Source of the DNA: a virus
DNA length: 64,000 nucleotides
Virus record (IMG/VR): IMGVR_UViG_3300035698_026482
Coordinates: 118,841 to 182,840 of that record
Strand: one strand, 5' to 3'
Below are positions 10,615 to 20,688 of this stretch, piece by piece. A program made the translations under genes and the position numbers. The notes under the pieces were generated by a model that saw only the letters and a list, made by a program, of their open reading frames with translations, was not told the origin of the DNA and did not search any database. Every line of letters starts with the position of its first letter. Positions within the stretch are counted from its first letter, which is position 1.

Positions 10615-11577
10615 TCAAACTAGTCCAATAGTTGTGGCAACTAACTTCACTAGCAACCCTTGTCCGAAAATCATGCCGACCAATAGGACGATAAGCATCA
10701 AGACAAGTTTTTCAACATAGACAAGAAATCCTGCCAAAAATGTTAACACATTTTTTAATTCGATGCCCAAACAAGCACCGATAACCTCGAGCGCGATCAT
10801 GGCAACAAATAAGATGATACCTGCAGGACCCTTGTCTAACGCGCCGATGAAGCCACCAATATCTAGCAACAATTTTGCAATTATGATAGGCACGGACTTA
10901 ATAACGGCGCAAAGCAAAAAACCCAAAATGGGAAGTGGCAGTGTAATATTAAATGATAATGGAGGTATAGCCGGCGAAAACAGAAATGACGGCATTGACG
11001 GCAAATCAAACGGCAAATCAATACCTGATATCGCAGGTAATCCTATGGCAGGTAACGTTGGTGGTGGTAAAAATGGAATAGACGGAATAGGAATGTTCGG
11101 CGGTAATAATCCTGCGGGAAAATTTGCAGTAAATTCAAGCAAAAATTCTGGCGAAATATCGAATAAATCAGGAAGGCTTGCAGGTAGTAATGGAAGCTTA
11201 ATTAAGAAATCAGGAATACCAATTCCTGCACGTAGCTTCAAGTTTGGAAAAGCAATTGTTGGGTCGCCAAAAGGTGCCAGTTGACCTCCACCACAGTTAA
11301 CGTCCATCGCAACTGCAGTTTTTTCAAACATCGTATCAATGAAAATCTGGTGCCATACAGGAAATGTTTGGGCATGTTTCTCAATTGGCTTAATGTTGAA
11401 GCTTTGCGCCAGAAACGCATTGCCAGGTACTACTACGGGCTCAGGTAAGCCGCCGAATAAAAAATCGGCTGTACCATTTGCAAGCAATACATTTGTTAAA
11501 TCAACAAACGATTGTCGGGCGTCATTACTGACGAGGCCGCCTTGCAGCAAGCCTACGTGGGTCATGACGCCGGACAT
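10615..11577 (-). CDS. Pro-rich protein with hydrophobic C-terminal helices (320 aa)
   Basis: Long ORF between gp5-like and gp25-like genes; Pro/Leu/Ile/Phe-rich middle, ~100 aa hydrophobic tail. Confidence 0.6.
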   Translation of the reverse strand: MSGVMTHVGLLQGGLVSNDARQSFVDLTNVLLANGTADFLFGGLPEPVVVPGNAFLAQSFNIKPIEKHAQTFPVWHQIFIDTMFEKTAVAMDVNCGGGQLAPFGDPTIAFPNLKLRAGIGIPDFLIKLPLLPASLPDLFDISPEFLLEFTANFPAGLLPPNIPIPSIPFLPPPTLPAIGLPAISGIDLPFDLPSMPSFLFSPAIPPLSFNITLPLPILGFLLCAVIKSVPIIIAKLLLDIGGFIGALDKGPAGIILFVAMIALEVIGACLGIELKNVLTFLAGFLVYVEKLVLMLIVLLVGMIFGQGLLVKLVATTIGLV

Positions 11578-12915
11578 TTATTTACCCTTCAACAACACCT
11601 TGGATGAAAAACTACCGTGCGGATCGCCAGCGGGCGTACCTGTGACACCACCCATTGTGCTGAGAATCGGTTGGCCTTGTACTTGACCTGCTGCGCCAGC
11701 GCCTGTATTACATAATGCGGCCAGGTTTGCAGACTTACCTCCAAGGTAGACAAGGCCCTGTGCTCCCGGTATTAAAATGATATCACCGTTTGCCTTCAAC
11801 ACGATTGCCGCACCACTGCCATCGCCATTGTCTGCTTGAATTTTTATGTCGTCCCTACCAATCAAGCGCAATTGATCGGTCTTTATTGCTATAGCGGCCT
11901 TGTCACCATCTGATTTTTCGCCGCCGTCGGAGATGTCAATGTCGAAATTTTCATCAACACTTGTTTTCATTGCAACATAGATACGTGATGCATCATTCTC
12001 GAAATCAGGATTGCCCTCGCCGACGACGTCGTCTGTTTTTCTAAGACCTGGTGTCTTATCAACCTCATCCTTATCTCTAGTGTTTGTAATTTTGTTGGGA
12101 GCTGTTAACTCGTCTAGACCACGACCTGCTACAATATCAATTGCACCACGGCCAACATCTGCTTCATCTTCACTTGTGACAGAAGAAACACGATCTGTGC
12201 CTAGCGAGATTAATGTATTGTTTGACCCCTGTAATAATTGATCGCCTGGCCGCTTATCATATCTGGGTACTGCCTCCATTGGCGCCTGTTTTGCAGCAAG
12301 CGAATCTTCATATATCTTATCGTACGCGTCCTCAGAATCACCAATCGTTAAACTATCATCACTTGGTGCACCATTAGGAAATCCAGGCTTATCATCGGGC
12401 GCGGGTCCTGCTAATTTTTCGACTGCATCTTGTTCATTGCTTGTAAGCGCATGCTTACGATCGTCATGTGTATAATTGACGTCATCAACTGTAATCGGGG
12501 CTGGAGCCCTGCATAACCAAAATGGCGTATCTGCGCCACCAGCTGAAGGATCCTCAAATAATGTTAAGACTGTCTCGCCCGGTTTAACAGGGAGGCTAAT
12601 GTATGGATCCAACAGTGGATAATAAATCCTGGCCAATCCCGTTCGCGAGCCGTCTCCAGTGATTTGCTGAGCCATTATACAGTTCCTCTTTATATGGGGA
12701 ACCATCTGCGTATTTTCAACCTTGTCAGAGATTTTCTGACGGACTTCTGAGGTTAATAACGTGAGATCATAAAATACGTCGAGCACGACGGCTCGACGAA
12801 TAAATGGCATTGGTGATGAAGATAATGCATTAATGTCATCCTGTTGCTCAACAGGTAATTGCGTTCCTGCAGATGCGGCTCTATGACCTGCCCTACCTGA
12901 GCCTCTACCTGTCAT
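11578..12915 (-). CDS. Baseplate hub/central spike protein (gp5/VgrG-like)
   Basis: OB-fold-like YYPLLDPYISLPVKPGETVL...FWL; PGDQLLQGSNNTLISLG...GAIDIVAGRG; C-terminal beta-repeats (IAIKTDQLRLIGRDDIKI...IVLKANGDIIL). Confidence 0.7.
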   Translation of the reverse strand: MTGRGSGRAGHRAASAGTQLPVEQQDDINALSSSPMPFIRRAVVLDVFYDLTLLTSEVRQKISDKVENTQMVPHIKRNCIMAQQITGDGSRTGLARIYYPLLDPYISLPVKPGETVLTLFEDPSAGGADTPFWLCRAPAPITVDDVNYTHDDRKHALTSNEQDAVEKLAGPAPDDKPGFPNGAPSDDSLTIGDSEDAYDKIYEDSLAAKQAPMEAVPRYDKRPGDQLLQGSNNTLISLGTDRVSSVTSEDEADVGRGAIDIVAGRGLDELTAPNKITNTRDKDEVDKTPGLRKTDDVVGEGNPDFENDASRIYVAMKTSVDENFDIDISDGGEKSDGDKAAIAIKTDQLRLIGRDDIKIQADNGDGSGAAIVLKANGDIILIPGAQGLVYLGGKSANLAALCNTGAGAAGQVQGQPILSTMGGVTGTPAGDPHGSFSSKVLLKGK

Positions 12916-13283
12916 TCTTCATTATCCATAAAATGATCAAGAAGATCATCAGGGTTAATAGCGCCTTCTGACTTTTTATACGCCATAATCTGTTCAGTCA
13001 ATTTAAGAAGTTGATCATTGCTTTTGGCCATTTTTTCAAGATACTTTGTTACAAGCGGACCATAAAGCATATGACCCTGCGGATTGCCCTTCATTTCGCG
13101 AAAGATATCCGTATAAAGAATCGATACACGCTCGCGATCTTCAACTGCATTCGTATAAATTTCTATCCATAATGACTTCGTACGATCGTCAATATCCGTC
13201 GCAACCAACAATAGCTCATCGAAATCCGGGAGCTTTTCTTTTTGGTCTTGAATTGCATCTTGTACTAATTGTTTTTTTGACAT
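12912..13283 (-). CDS. Hypothetical helical protein (123 aa)
   Basis: ORF with ATGA overlap to next gene. Confidence 0.6.
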   Translation of the reverse strand: MSKKQLVQDAIQDQKEKLPDFDELLLVATDIDDRTKSLWIEIYTNAVEDRERVSILYTDIFREMKGNPQGHMLYGPLVTKYLEKMAKSNDQLLKLTEQIMAYKKSEGAINPDDLLDHFMDNEE

Positions 13284-13310
13284 TGCGTCTCATGCAGTAC
13301 GTAGGCGATT

Positions 13311-14117
13311 CTAGAAAATACCAAACTCGTCGCCCATTTTAAGAGAATTATAATGACGCTTTATCACTGATATCGCCATTGTGAGTTGCTTAGCTGATAG
13401 TCCACTCATCTCCCTGATATACGTGAATACCGCCCGCTTGTTTAACATCGGCAAATCTTCCCGCTTTTCGAATAACGTAACAATTGAATCAATACAACGA
13501 ATTTCATTTTCGTTTGTTAGTAGACTACGAATTTCATTAAGCATCAACATTAGCTGTCCGAGCTTTTCTAGCCCAATTACTTCATCATCCTGTGATGGAA
13601 CAGTCAGATCTAGATGGGCAGCGACACCATACTTTTTTTCGATTTTATCATATTCCTGTCTGCCAAAATGATCGACTGCATCTAGACTGACCATACGCTG
13701 TGAGTTAATGACCCTCTTTCTGGAGCGAACGATAAGCCATCTTTTCGCAACGACATTGAAATATGAAAAAGCCTTAGTGCCTCTAGATCCATCGAATTTA
13801 TGCAACGATTCGTAAAGGAATACAATGCAATCACTTTTTAGTTCTTCATGCGTGGTGTATAACCCCTTAAATTTGTAGATGCAAATTAGATTCTCAACTA
13901 ATTGATCGAATGCTGGATAGATGTTTTTAACGTATAGCTGTTCACGCTCTGCAGAATCGTCTGAGCTTTGAAATAGTTCAATATTTCGTTGCGTTTCGGC
14001 ATCAAAGTAATATCGTTTTACGTTCGCGCTACGTTTTACGCGACGCTTACGTTTAGCTCGCTTTTTAATAACTGGTTTTACTTTAACGGGTATCGTTTTT
14101 TCAGAGCTCTTAGCCAT
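13311..14117 (-). CDS. Phage RNA polymerase sigma factor (possibly late)
   Basis: Sigma region-2-like ELKSDCIVFLYESLHKFDGSRGTKAFSYFNVVAKRW; C-terminal HTH-like IREMSGLSAKQL. Confidence 0.75.
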   Translation of the reverse strand: MAKSSEKTIPVKVKPVIKKRAKRKRRVKRSANVKRYYFDAETQRNIELFQSSDDSAEREQLYVKNIYPAFDQLVENLICIYKFKGLYTTHEELKSDCIVFLYESLHKFDGSRGTKAFSYFNVVAKRWLIVRSRKRVINSQRMVSLDAVDHFGRQEYDKIEKKYGVAAHLDLTVPSQDDEVIGLEKLGQLMLMLNEIRSLLTNENEIRCIDSIVTLFEKREDLPMLNKRAVFTYIREMSGLSAKQLTMAISVIKRHYNSLKMGDEFGIF

Positions 14118-14694
14118 TCGTCTTTCCTAGTTCTCGGCGACGTTGTTGGTGGCGCGCAATTGCTGCGGCGGCCTTTGCAGCGTTAGGACTGCGACTAGGC
14201 ATGTGATGGTCCTGCATATCCCTTGTCTGTGATTGTTGTTCTCGTTGCGGCGTCATTATTTCAATTTCGCCATTGCGAGCTTTTCTCATGAGTTCAGCCT
14301 TTGTTTCCTTATCTAATTCCGCAGTTGATTTAGGATTATGCGGATCTACATCTGAAACATTCTTGATTTCCCTAATATTCGCACGATCTTCGTTTTCTTC
14401 AACTTCAATTTCTTCAAAGATTTCAATAACCTCAACGACAGCGCGACGTGCATCCTGGACTGCCTTAACTACCATTCTTACCTCAGGACTATCAAAAAAG
14501 ACGGGCTTATTTGCAATCATTGCTATCTGATCGTGACAAGCGTCGAGGGCGCGTAATGACATGTCAACTCTATCTTCCAGCTCCACTTCAAAATCCATTC
14601 GCTGCGTAATCAATCTAGTGATCACGTGAGCAGCAAACCATGTCACGCCTATAAGCGCTAGTCCTAATAAGCATGTCGTGATAATCCATCCCAT
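14110..14694 (-). CDS. Membrane-anchored coiled-coil protein
   Basis: N-terminal hydrophobic helix then charged helical region. Confidence 0.55.
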   Translation of the reverse strand: MGWIITTCLLGLALIGVTWFAAHVITRLITQRMDFEVELEDRVDMSLRALDACHDQIAMIANKPVFFDSPEVRMVVKAVQDARRAVVEVIEIFEEIEVEENEDRANIREIKNVSDVDPHNPKSTAELDKETKAELMRKARNGEIEIMTPQREQQSQTRDMQDHHMPSRSPNAAKAAAAIARHQQRRRELGKTNG

Positions 14695-14697
14695 AAC

Positions 14698-15912
14698 TTA
14701 TCCTCTTAACATCGGCGAAAGAAGTGAATCGTACATTTTACCAATAGCTGCGTAACAATACTTTTTTCTAATAGTGTCACCAAGTTCTTGTGCCCATTGC
14801 TTAGGAATATCAGGAGATTTTCTGAATTTTTTCAAAGCCTGTTTGACGTTTGAATCAACAGGATTTGCCCAACGTGTACCTTCCATCCAAATACATCTAT
14901 CAGACTCTTCTTGCGGGCGCCTATCAACGCGTTGTTGCGGAATTGGGTCCAGCGTGTACCCAATTTTTATGAATTTTCCTTCGTTCATAAAATCAAGATG
15001 TCCCGACCAGTCGGTGGCGATTACAGGTAAGTCAGATGCTGCCGCCTCAAGGATTGGTAATCCATATCCTTCACCGCGAGTAAGCGTGACGTATGCCTTA
15101 ATAGACGGTTCACGATATAATGCCGCAATTTCCTCATCTTCCATTTCACCATGAAGAAAATATACCTTAGGAAATTGTCCCTTTCTGACTTGACTTAATA
15201 CACTTACTAGCTTGGCGTTCGTGTCTCTCCGATCAATTAACGTTCCGCGTCCAGAATTTGTTTTTATGATGATGCCAACGTCTTCATCATTTTGATGAGT
15301 TTCACATAGGTGCTTAAGCGTATTGTAAATGTTCTTACGATCAGTAAGTGAATCGTTTGCAGTAAGCTGACCAACCATAAGATAGTTGAATGAGGTGTCT
15401 AGACCAAAATCAACATCTTTTTGCTTTTCAGTAATGGCATCAATGAATGATTCAGGAATAACATGAATAGGAGTTGTCAATTCACCCGAATTTTTTAAAG
15501 TTTTTGCCGTGTGATTCGACGGCACAATAACCAAATCCATCTTATTGCAATGATCAATCCATAGCGGGTTACAACGATCGGTTTCAACCGCGGCGGTCAT
15601 TCCTACATTTACGTTAGCAAGCTCGGGTTGCCATTCATTGGGTAGCACAAGTTGGATAGACACATCACACTTTTGAAATTTGCCGTCCGGACCTGTGGGC
15701 ATTCTTGCATATTTCATAATTTCGCCAGCGAGCCCATCGTACATCGTCGGAACAAGGGCAAATGGAGTATTACCCCATCTAACCAGACTAATATATAAAT
15801 CGATCTCTTGTTGCTCAGCAAGACCGATAAGATATTTTGCGACCTGACGTGAATGAACACCGTATCCAGAACTTGTTAGCGCTGGTGCTTTGAAAATAAC
15901 TCTTTTTTTCAT
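14698..15912 (-). CDS. Glycosyltransferase, GT-B fold (GT4-like)
   Basis: TRGEGYGLPILEAAASDLPVIATDWSGHLDF motif; start placed at ATG overlapping upstream stop. Confidence 0.9.
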   Translation of the reverse strand: MKKRVIFKAPALTSSGYGVHSRQVAKYLIGLAEQQEIDLYISLVRWGNTPFALVPTMYDGLAGEIMKYARMPTGPDGKFQKCDVSIQLVLPNEWQPELANVNVGMTAAVETDRCNPLWIDHCNKMDLVIVPSNHTAKTLKNSGELTTPIHVIPESFIDAITEKQKDVDFGLDTSFNYLMVGQLTANDSLTDRKNIYNTLKHLCETHQNDEDVGIIIKTNSGRGTLIDRRDTNAKLVSVLSQVRKGQFPKVYFLHGEMEDEEIAALYREPSIKAYVTLTRGEGYGLPILEAAASDLPVIATDWSGHLDFMNEGKFIKIGYTLDPIPQQRVDRRPQEESDRCIWMEGTRWANPVDSNVKQALKKFRKSPDIPKQWAQELGDTIRKKYCYAAIGKMYDSLLSPMLRG

Positions 15913-17165
15913 AGTGCCTTTATTTCCCACTGTTTGAATGACGTCTTACGATTACTTTTCCAATTTTTGATTGTTTCGTGCATCGTTTTATCCCAGGCGT
16001 CTACTGTATCTTGAATGACAAATTCTGATAGCACGTATTGCCTTGCCTTTTCACCAATTTCGCTGCGTTTTTCATGGCCCATGTCATACATTTTCATAAA
16101 TGCATCAGCAACGGTATCTGGCGAAACATGATCTTCATAGATATATGGAACAGGTTGACCACCTACAAGATCCCTAACTTCAGGATCTAACGCAATACCA
16201 TTTTGCGATCCGTCTCTATGATCGATGACCTGGCGGGTCAACCCACCTGTTTTCTGGGCGATAATAGGCAAACCGCACTGCATAGCCTCAAGGGTTGATA
16301 GGCCAAAGCCTTCATGACAGCTTATGTTAACACAACAATCTGAAATGTTATAAAGGATTGCCATTTCATCAAAGTTGATGCGCCCAGTTGAGTATACAAC
16401 ATTGTCTCTCACTCCAAAGTGATCTGCTATCACCGGTAAATTTTGACCCTCTTGATCACCGGGATTAGTGTGTAGCAACAGCGTAGCATCGCGCTTTCCT
16501 GTTTTCGCTTCTAGCGCATCTACAAACTTGCTCCAAGCCAGCAATACATTGCCAGGCATCTTCCTACGCGCATTCCTATTGACCCAAATACAAGTAAAGT
16601 GATCTAAGCGTTCCTTGCCTAGGATGCGCTCCTTATGCGTAAGTGATTCAGCGACAGGTAATTTTCTAAAGATACTCTTGGGTAATGCGTGCGGTATAAA
16701 ATTTGTTTTATCAGGAAAGTGTTCACTAACGAGTTCATATGTCAAATGTGAATGACAGTTAATGAGGTCAGTTGACTCATATAACACCTCGTTAAACTTT
16801 GGGTACGGATCGTTGTCCCAAACATGCCAATAAACAATTGGACAAATCTGGTGAATTTCTTCTTCCATTTGCCAAACCCAGGTGAAAAAGCGGGGATCTG
16901 TGAATAGAAAAATCGCATCGGGCTTTTCTTTCAGTAACATCTCACGCAATAGATCTGGGGTACCAAATCCGTCAACTGGTTTAACGATGAAGTCTGCGTT
17001 GACTGTTTGTAGGCTGTAGTCAACATGTCTAATTGCACCGCCAAGTACGCGAAACGTCCAACGATTTTTCTTAATAAGCCCTTCAATTAAGTGTTTCGCC
17101 TGACATCCCACGCCACTAGTATTTAGCGGATTGTCCGCGAGCATTAGTATTTTGTATTTCTTCAT
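15909..17165 (-). CDS. Glycosyltransferase, GT4-like
   Basis: SCHEGFGLSTLEAMQCGLPIIA motif; WVNRNARRKMPG. Confidence 0.9.
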   Translation of the reverse strand: MKKYKILMLADNPLNTSGVGCQAKHLIEGLIKKNRWTFRVLGGAIRHVDYSLQTVNADFIVKPVDGFGTPDLLREMLLKEKPDAIFLFTDPRFFTWVWQMEEEIHQICPIVYWHVWDNDPYPKFNEVLYESTDLINCHSHLTYELVSEHFPDKTNFIPHALPKSIFRKLPVAESLTHKERILGKERLDHFTCIWVNRNARRKMPGNVLLAWSKFVDALEAKTGKRDATLLLHTNPGDQEGQNLPVIADHFGVRDNVVYSTGRINFDEMAILYNISDCCVNISCHEGFGLSTLEAMQCGLPIIAQKTGGLTRQVIDHRDGSQNGIALDPEVRDLVGGQPVPYIYEDHVSPDTVADAFMKMYDMGHEKRSEIGEKARQYVLSEFVIQDTVDAWDKTMHETIKNWKSNRKTSFKQWEIKAL

Positions 17166-17180
17166 AATTTTACCCAAAGC

Positions 17181-17213
17181 AAAAAAAATGCCGTAGGGGA
17201 AAGCCCCTACGAC
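17181..17213 (-). terminator. Intrinsic terminator
   Basis: GTCGTAGGGG-CTTT-CCCCTACGGC stem followed by A-T8 on minus strand, downstream of nuclease gene. Confidence 0.8.
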
Positions 17214-17260
17214 AAAAATACATTCTAGAACAGCGTGAGTAAAGGTTTATCTTACGTCAT

Positions 17261-18082
17261 TCATGAGCCAGGACAATGCGAGGTTGCCTTGAAGTCACAG
17301 TACTGACATGAAAGCCTGTTTTTCGGCGAGTGCTCTGCTTTTACTGCGCGCAGCATCTTATCAATAGAGGAATTAACTTTCTCTTCCATCTTCGGGCCAA
17401 CTGATACTTGAATTAATTGGCACTTTGAACCAGGCTTTGCAGTTCTTTTTAGCAATACAAATCCGGCCTTCAAATCTTTCATGTCAATATCAAATTTGCG
17501 AGACCAAAATATTTTATACGCTGCAGCTTGGGCATTCGTCTTGAACTCACGCATTTTTTGTGCACGCCAGCCCCATCCTGTCGTTTTCCAGTCTAGAATA
17601 CTAATAACCTGCTTACCTCTTTTGGTTTTATGCTTGATAGTCGCGTCAACAAAACCTTTCCACATATTGCCAGGATGACCTAGATGATCAAGTGATTCGT
17701 AAAGCAATGCCTCGGCACCGACCGGTTCCCAATCTAGAAACGTTGTATCCATCCACGCCGGTAATTCCTCAAGAATTTCCTTTGCCTGCATTATCCACGT
17801 ATCTTTGTCGGAATATTGATTTTTATCCCAGGTTTCGGCAATCATCGTCAAGATTTTCTCGATAGGCATTTCACCTGTGTTGAGAAAATCCTCACATCCT
17901 TGGTGAACATGATTTCCGAAAAACGTATGCTCATTTCCATCGAACGGATTAAGTTTTTGGACGTATGAAAGATGATGCTTCCACGGACAATCAAGCCATG
18001 TCGCAAGCTCAGAAAAGGAAATATGCGGCTTGCCAGTTGGAAGTAAAGACAAGTGAACCTTGTCATCTTTCATATCGCTCAT
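17261..18082 (-). CDS. PD-(D/E)XK nuclease (Cas4/AddB-like)
   Basis: HISFSEL...CPWKHHL; GFVDATI...ILDWKT; QAAAY; C-terminal CQYCDFKATSHC. Confidence 0.85.
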   Translation of the reverse strand: MSDMKDDKVHLSLLPTGKPHISFSELATWLDCPWKHHLSYVQKLNPFDGNEHTFFGNHVHQGCEDFLNTGEMPIEKILTMIAETWDKNQYSDKDTWIMQAKEILEELPAWMDTTFLDWEPVGAEALLYESLDHLGHPGNMWKGFVDATIKHKTKRGKQVISILDWKTTGWGWRAQKMREFKTNAQAAAYKIFWSRKFDIDMKDLKAGFVLLKRTAKPGSKCQLIQVSVGPKMEEKVNSSIDKMLRAVKAEHSPKNRLSCQYCDFKATSHCPGS

Positions 18083-18116
18083 GAGTATATTCTACTATGT
18101 TGATAATCAGTTTGAT
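18080..18116 (-). promoter_or_regulatory. Putative leaderless promoter
   Basis: ATCAAA-N16-TAGAAT-N6-ATG(18082). Confidence 0.5.
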
Positions 18117-18928
18117 TAAGTTACTGGGCTAGCAAAACAGCGTTCAGATTGCCCAATTATATTTTCATAAGCCGTATGACGTACAGACCATCCAGCTTCC
18201 TTAAGCATTAAATTTAAATCGCCGCTATGAAAACCGAAAAGATGACCTGCCTGTAATGATGGGGCATCATTTTCAATTGGGACTTCAATATGAAGATAAG
18301 AGAGTGGTGATACTACTTCACGCAATTTGCATAGCGCGCCATACGGATCAGAAATGTGCTCAAAAACATGATAGGCAACAATGATTGATGCGTCATGTAT
18401 ATCAGGAAATTTTTCATCATGCATTAGATCAATCATTCCTGTGTTAAATCCCAAGGCACGCCCAAGGGCGACATTTGAGGGCACAACGTCATATCCGATC
18501 GCGTTCTTTACAAGCCCTGACGCTTCATAATGTTGCAATAGCTTCGGAAACCTAAATCCAATCTCCACAAAATTTTCGCTAGACGAAAAAATCGGCAGCT
18601 CATCATCGCGTCTCAATATTTCATCAAACTTCAGCAGCTCATCATAGCGTATTTTATCAAATCTCTCAAGCGGCTGCATTAATTTGGTTTGGGCATCGCT
18701 AATTTGTGACTCTACCGGGGCCCCAGTGAATGTATTGCCTCGTGACGCTTGCAGCATAACTCTAAATTTATCAGTTGGCGCTTCATAATATACTCTTTCA
18801 CCAACCGGGGCGTAATGCATAAAATGTTTTTGATATGCGCTTGCATCTCGATACTCTGACCAAGATGTTAAGTTAACTTCAGGAATTAATTTCGCAAGAT
18901 CTTGTTTAAAGTTGTCGTTTTCTGACAT
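18116..18928 (-). CDS. Class I SAM-dependent methyltransferase-like protein
   Basis: FVEIGFR...IGYDV...IIVAYHVFEHISDPYGAL...LHIEVP. Confidence 0.7.
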   Translation of the reverse strand: MSENDNFKQDLAKLIPEVNLTSWSEYRDASAYQKHFMHYAPVGERVYYEAPTDKFRVMLQASRGNTFTGAPVESQISDAQTKLMQPLERFDKIRYDELLKFDEILRRDDELPIFSSSENFVEIGFRFPKLLQHYEASGLVKNAIGYDVVPSNVALGRALGFNTGMIDLMHDEKFPDIHDASIIVAYHVFEHISDPYGALCKLREVVSPLSYLHIEVPIENDAPSLQAGHLFGFHSGDLNLMLKEAGWSVRHTAYENIIGQSERCFASPVT

Positions 18929-18943
18929 GTTGATTTTCCTAAT

Positions 18944-19237
18944 TCACGCAAAAAAGCGTGTATCGCTGATCGCTTTATCGTCTACGAAAATGTCATAAAA
19001 AGGTTTTCCCATCATTAACTCATGATGTTTAACGTCCCAATCATTCATTTGTTTTGCAGTTAATTCAGACCAGTCGATACCTGTTGTTTTGCCCCTTGAG
19101 GTATAAAGCTTGATAATGTGACCGTCATCATATAGCTTATTTACGACGACGATGCGTTCTACATACGGTAGTGCGTCGTCATATTTGCCATCCGTATTAT
19201 TACAAAGAGTGCCGTCGATATCGAACATATAAACCAT
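18944..19237 (-). CDS. HAD-family phosphatase (capsule-biosynthesis type)
   Basis: MFDIDGTLC motif I; LYTSRG; GKPFYDIFVDDKA. Confidence 0.85.
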   Translation of the reverse strand: MVYMFDIDGTLCNNTDGKYDDALPYVERIVVVNKLYDDGHIIKLYTSRGKTTGIDWSELTAKQMNDWDVKHHELMMGKPFYDIFVDDKAISDTRFFA

Positions 19238-19590
19238 TAATCGCCCTTGATAAGCCTAATGCTATCTTCGTCAAAGTGTTCTGTTGAAAATTCAAACAGC
19301 TCAGAGTCTTCATGCGCAATCATTTGATGGACAGTTTCCGGTGGGAGCTCGTACATGTCGCCTGGATTAAGCTCAATTGATTGAATGTTTGTCGACGTCT
19401 CAGTGAGCTCGTCGAGTGGGATTACTCGTAGCGTCATTTTGCCTGACTGTAGATAAAAGGTTTCATGTTTTACCCTGTGATAGTGAAAGCTGCACCTCTT
19501 GTCCTTATTGAAGTAAAGAAGCTTTCCACAATACATTTTATCATTGTGGATCCACAGTTCGTGACCCCACCCTTTTTGTACAAACTTCAT
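19237..19590 (-). CDS. Cupin sugar isomerase-like protein
   Basis: VQKGWGHELWI...SFHYHRVKHETFYLQSG...HQM...EFST. Confidence 0.8.
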   Translation of the reverse strand: MKFVQKGWGHELWIHNDKMYCGKLLYFNKDKRCSFHYHRVKHETFYLQSGKMTLRVIPLDELTETSTNIQSIELNPGDMYELPPETVHQMIAHEDSELFEFSTEHFDEDSIRLIKGD

Positions 19591-19591
19591 C

Positions 19592-20467
19592 TTATTTCAC
19601 ACTTCTTAGCTTATCGATAATCGGCAATTCGCTATCGTAAACACGCTTAACACCATCGCCAAGCATACGCTCTGCGATTTCAACATGCTCAACAATTTTT
19701 CTAATTCCATCAGGTTCAATAGAGGCAGCCTGATCAGATCCGTACATTGTACGATCCAGTGTGATATGAAATTCAATAACTTCGGCGCCTAATCCAACAA
19801 CAATGGGTGCCCACACGAGTCCACTATAATGATTTGAAAAACCAATACTCGGCATGTTTGTAGGAAACGATTTCTGTACCAGTGTACGAAGATGAGCCAG
19901 GCCAGTTAGATTCATCTCTTCAGGCAATGTGGGATAAGTGCTGGTACAATGCATTACGCATCCAACCTGACCTCCTACGGATTTAATATGCTCTAGCGCA
20001 TCAGTGATTTGAGCTGGGGTACTCATACCTGTCGATAAAATCATAGGCTTACCAGTCTTGGCGAGCTTTGTCAAAAACGACTTATCTGTAAGCATTGCGC
20101 TGGCAACCTTATGCACAGGTGTATTGAATTGCTCAATAAAATCGATACTTCGCTCATCCCAACATGATACAAACCATTCGATGTTTTTTGATTTGCAATA
20201 GGCGTCAATTGCAAGAAACTCATCTGTACCGAACTCTAATCCATACTTTTGTTCACGATTAGTTGTTCCCCAAGGGCTTTCTCTAGGACGATCCAGCTCT
20301 TCTTTTGTATAAACTGATTCAATATCTCGCTTTTGAAATTTGACTGCGTTGCAGCCTGCGTCAGCAGCAGCGTCGATCAGTTTTTTAGCAATATTGAAAT
20401 CGCCTGAAGCGTTGATGCCAATCTCCGCAATAATGTAAGTGTTTCGCATACGCTTAAGTGATGTCAT
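19592..20467 (-). CDS. neuB: N-acetylneuraminate synthase (NeuB) family nonulosonate synthase
   Basis: IIAEIGINASGD...AVKFQKR; KVASAMLTD; ILSTGMS; MHCTSTYP; GFSNH; IEFHITLDRTMYGSDQAASIEP. Confidence 0.92.
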   Translation of the reverse strand: MTSLKRMRNTYIIAEIGINASGDFNIAKKLIDAAADAGCNAVKFQKRDIESVYTKEELDRPRESPWGTTNREQKYGLEFGTDEFLAIDAYCKSKNIEWFVSCWDERSIDFIEQFNTPVHKVASAMLTDKSFLTKLAKTGKPMILSTGMSTPAQITDALEHIKSVGGQVGCVMHCTSTYPTLPEEMNLTGLAHLRTLVQKSFPTNMPSIGFSNHYSGLVWAPIVVGLGAEVIEFHITLDRTMYGSDQAASIEPDGIRKIVEHVEIAERMLGDGVKRVYDSELPIIDKLRSVK

Positions 20468-20493
20468 TTTGAATTCTCTTTTTGATGAGCGTG

Positions 20494-20688
20494 CTAAATT
20501 TTGCGACTAACAAACCAAATTTGGGGGCAGCGCTCAATGATGCTCGGTATCTCATTATACGGCGCAGATGCATACTTGGATGGAAATTGTGTTGTAAATC
20601 CCAGGTTTCCATTATTGTGCCGCCAAGGTAGAGATGCTCCATCCCAGTCATATCTGTATAAATCGCCTTGTTGATGTAGCATCACCAT
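20494..20688 (-). CDS. Small hypothetical protein
   Basis: Fills gap between SDR and neuB, start overlaps SDR stop. Confidence 0.4.
   Translation of the reverse strand: MVMLHQQGDLYRYDWDGASLPWRHNNGNLGFTTQFPSKYASAPYNEIPSIIERCPQIWFVSRKI

Noticed and set aside
8257-12915. Bacterial T6SS or eCIS cluster
   Set aside because: Context (DNA ligase, phage sigma, homing endonucleases, tRNA array, dense small ORFs) indicates a phage genome
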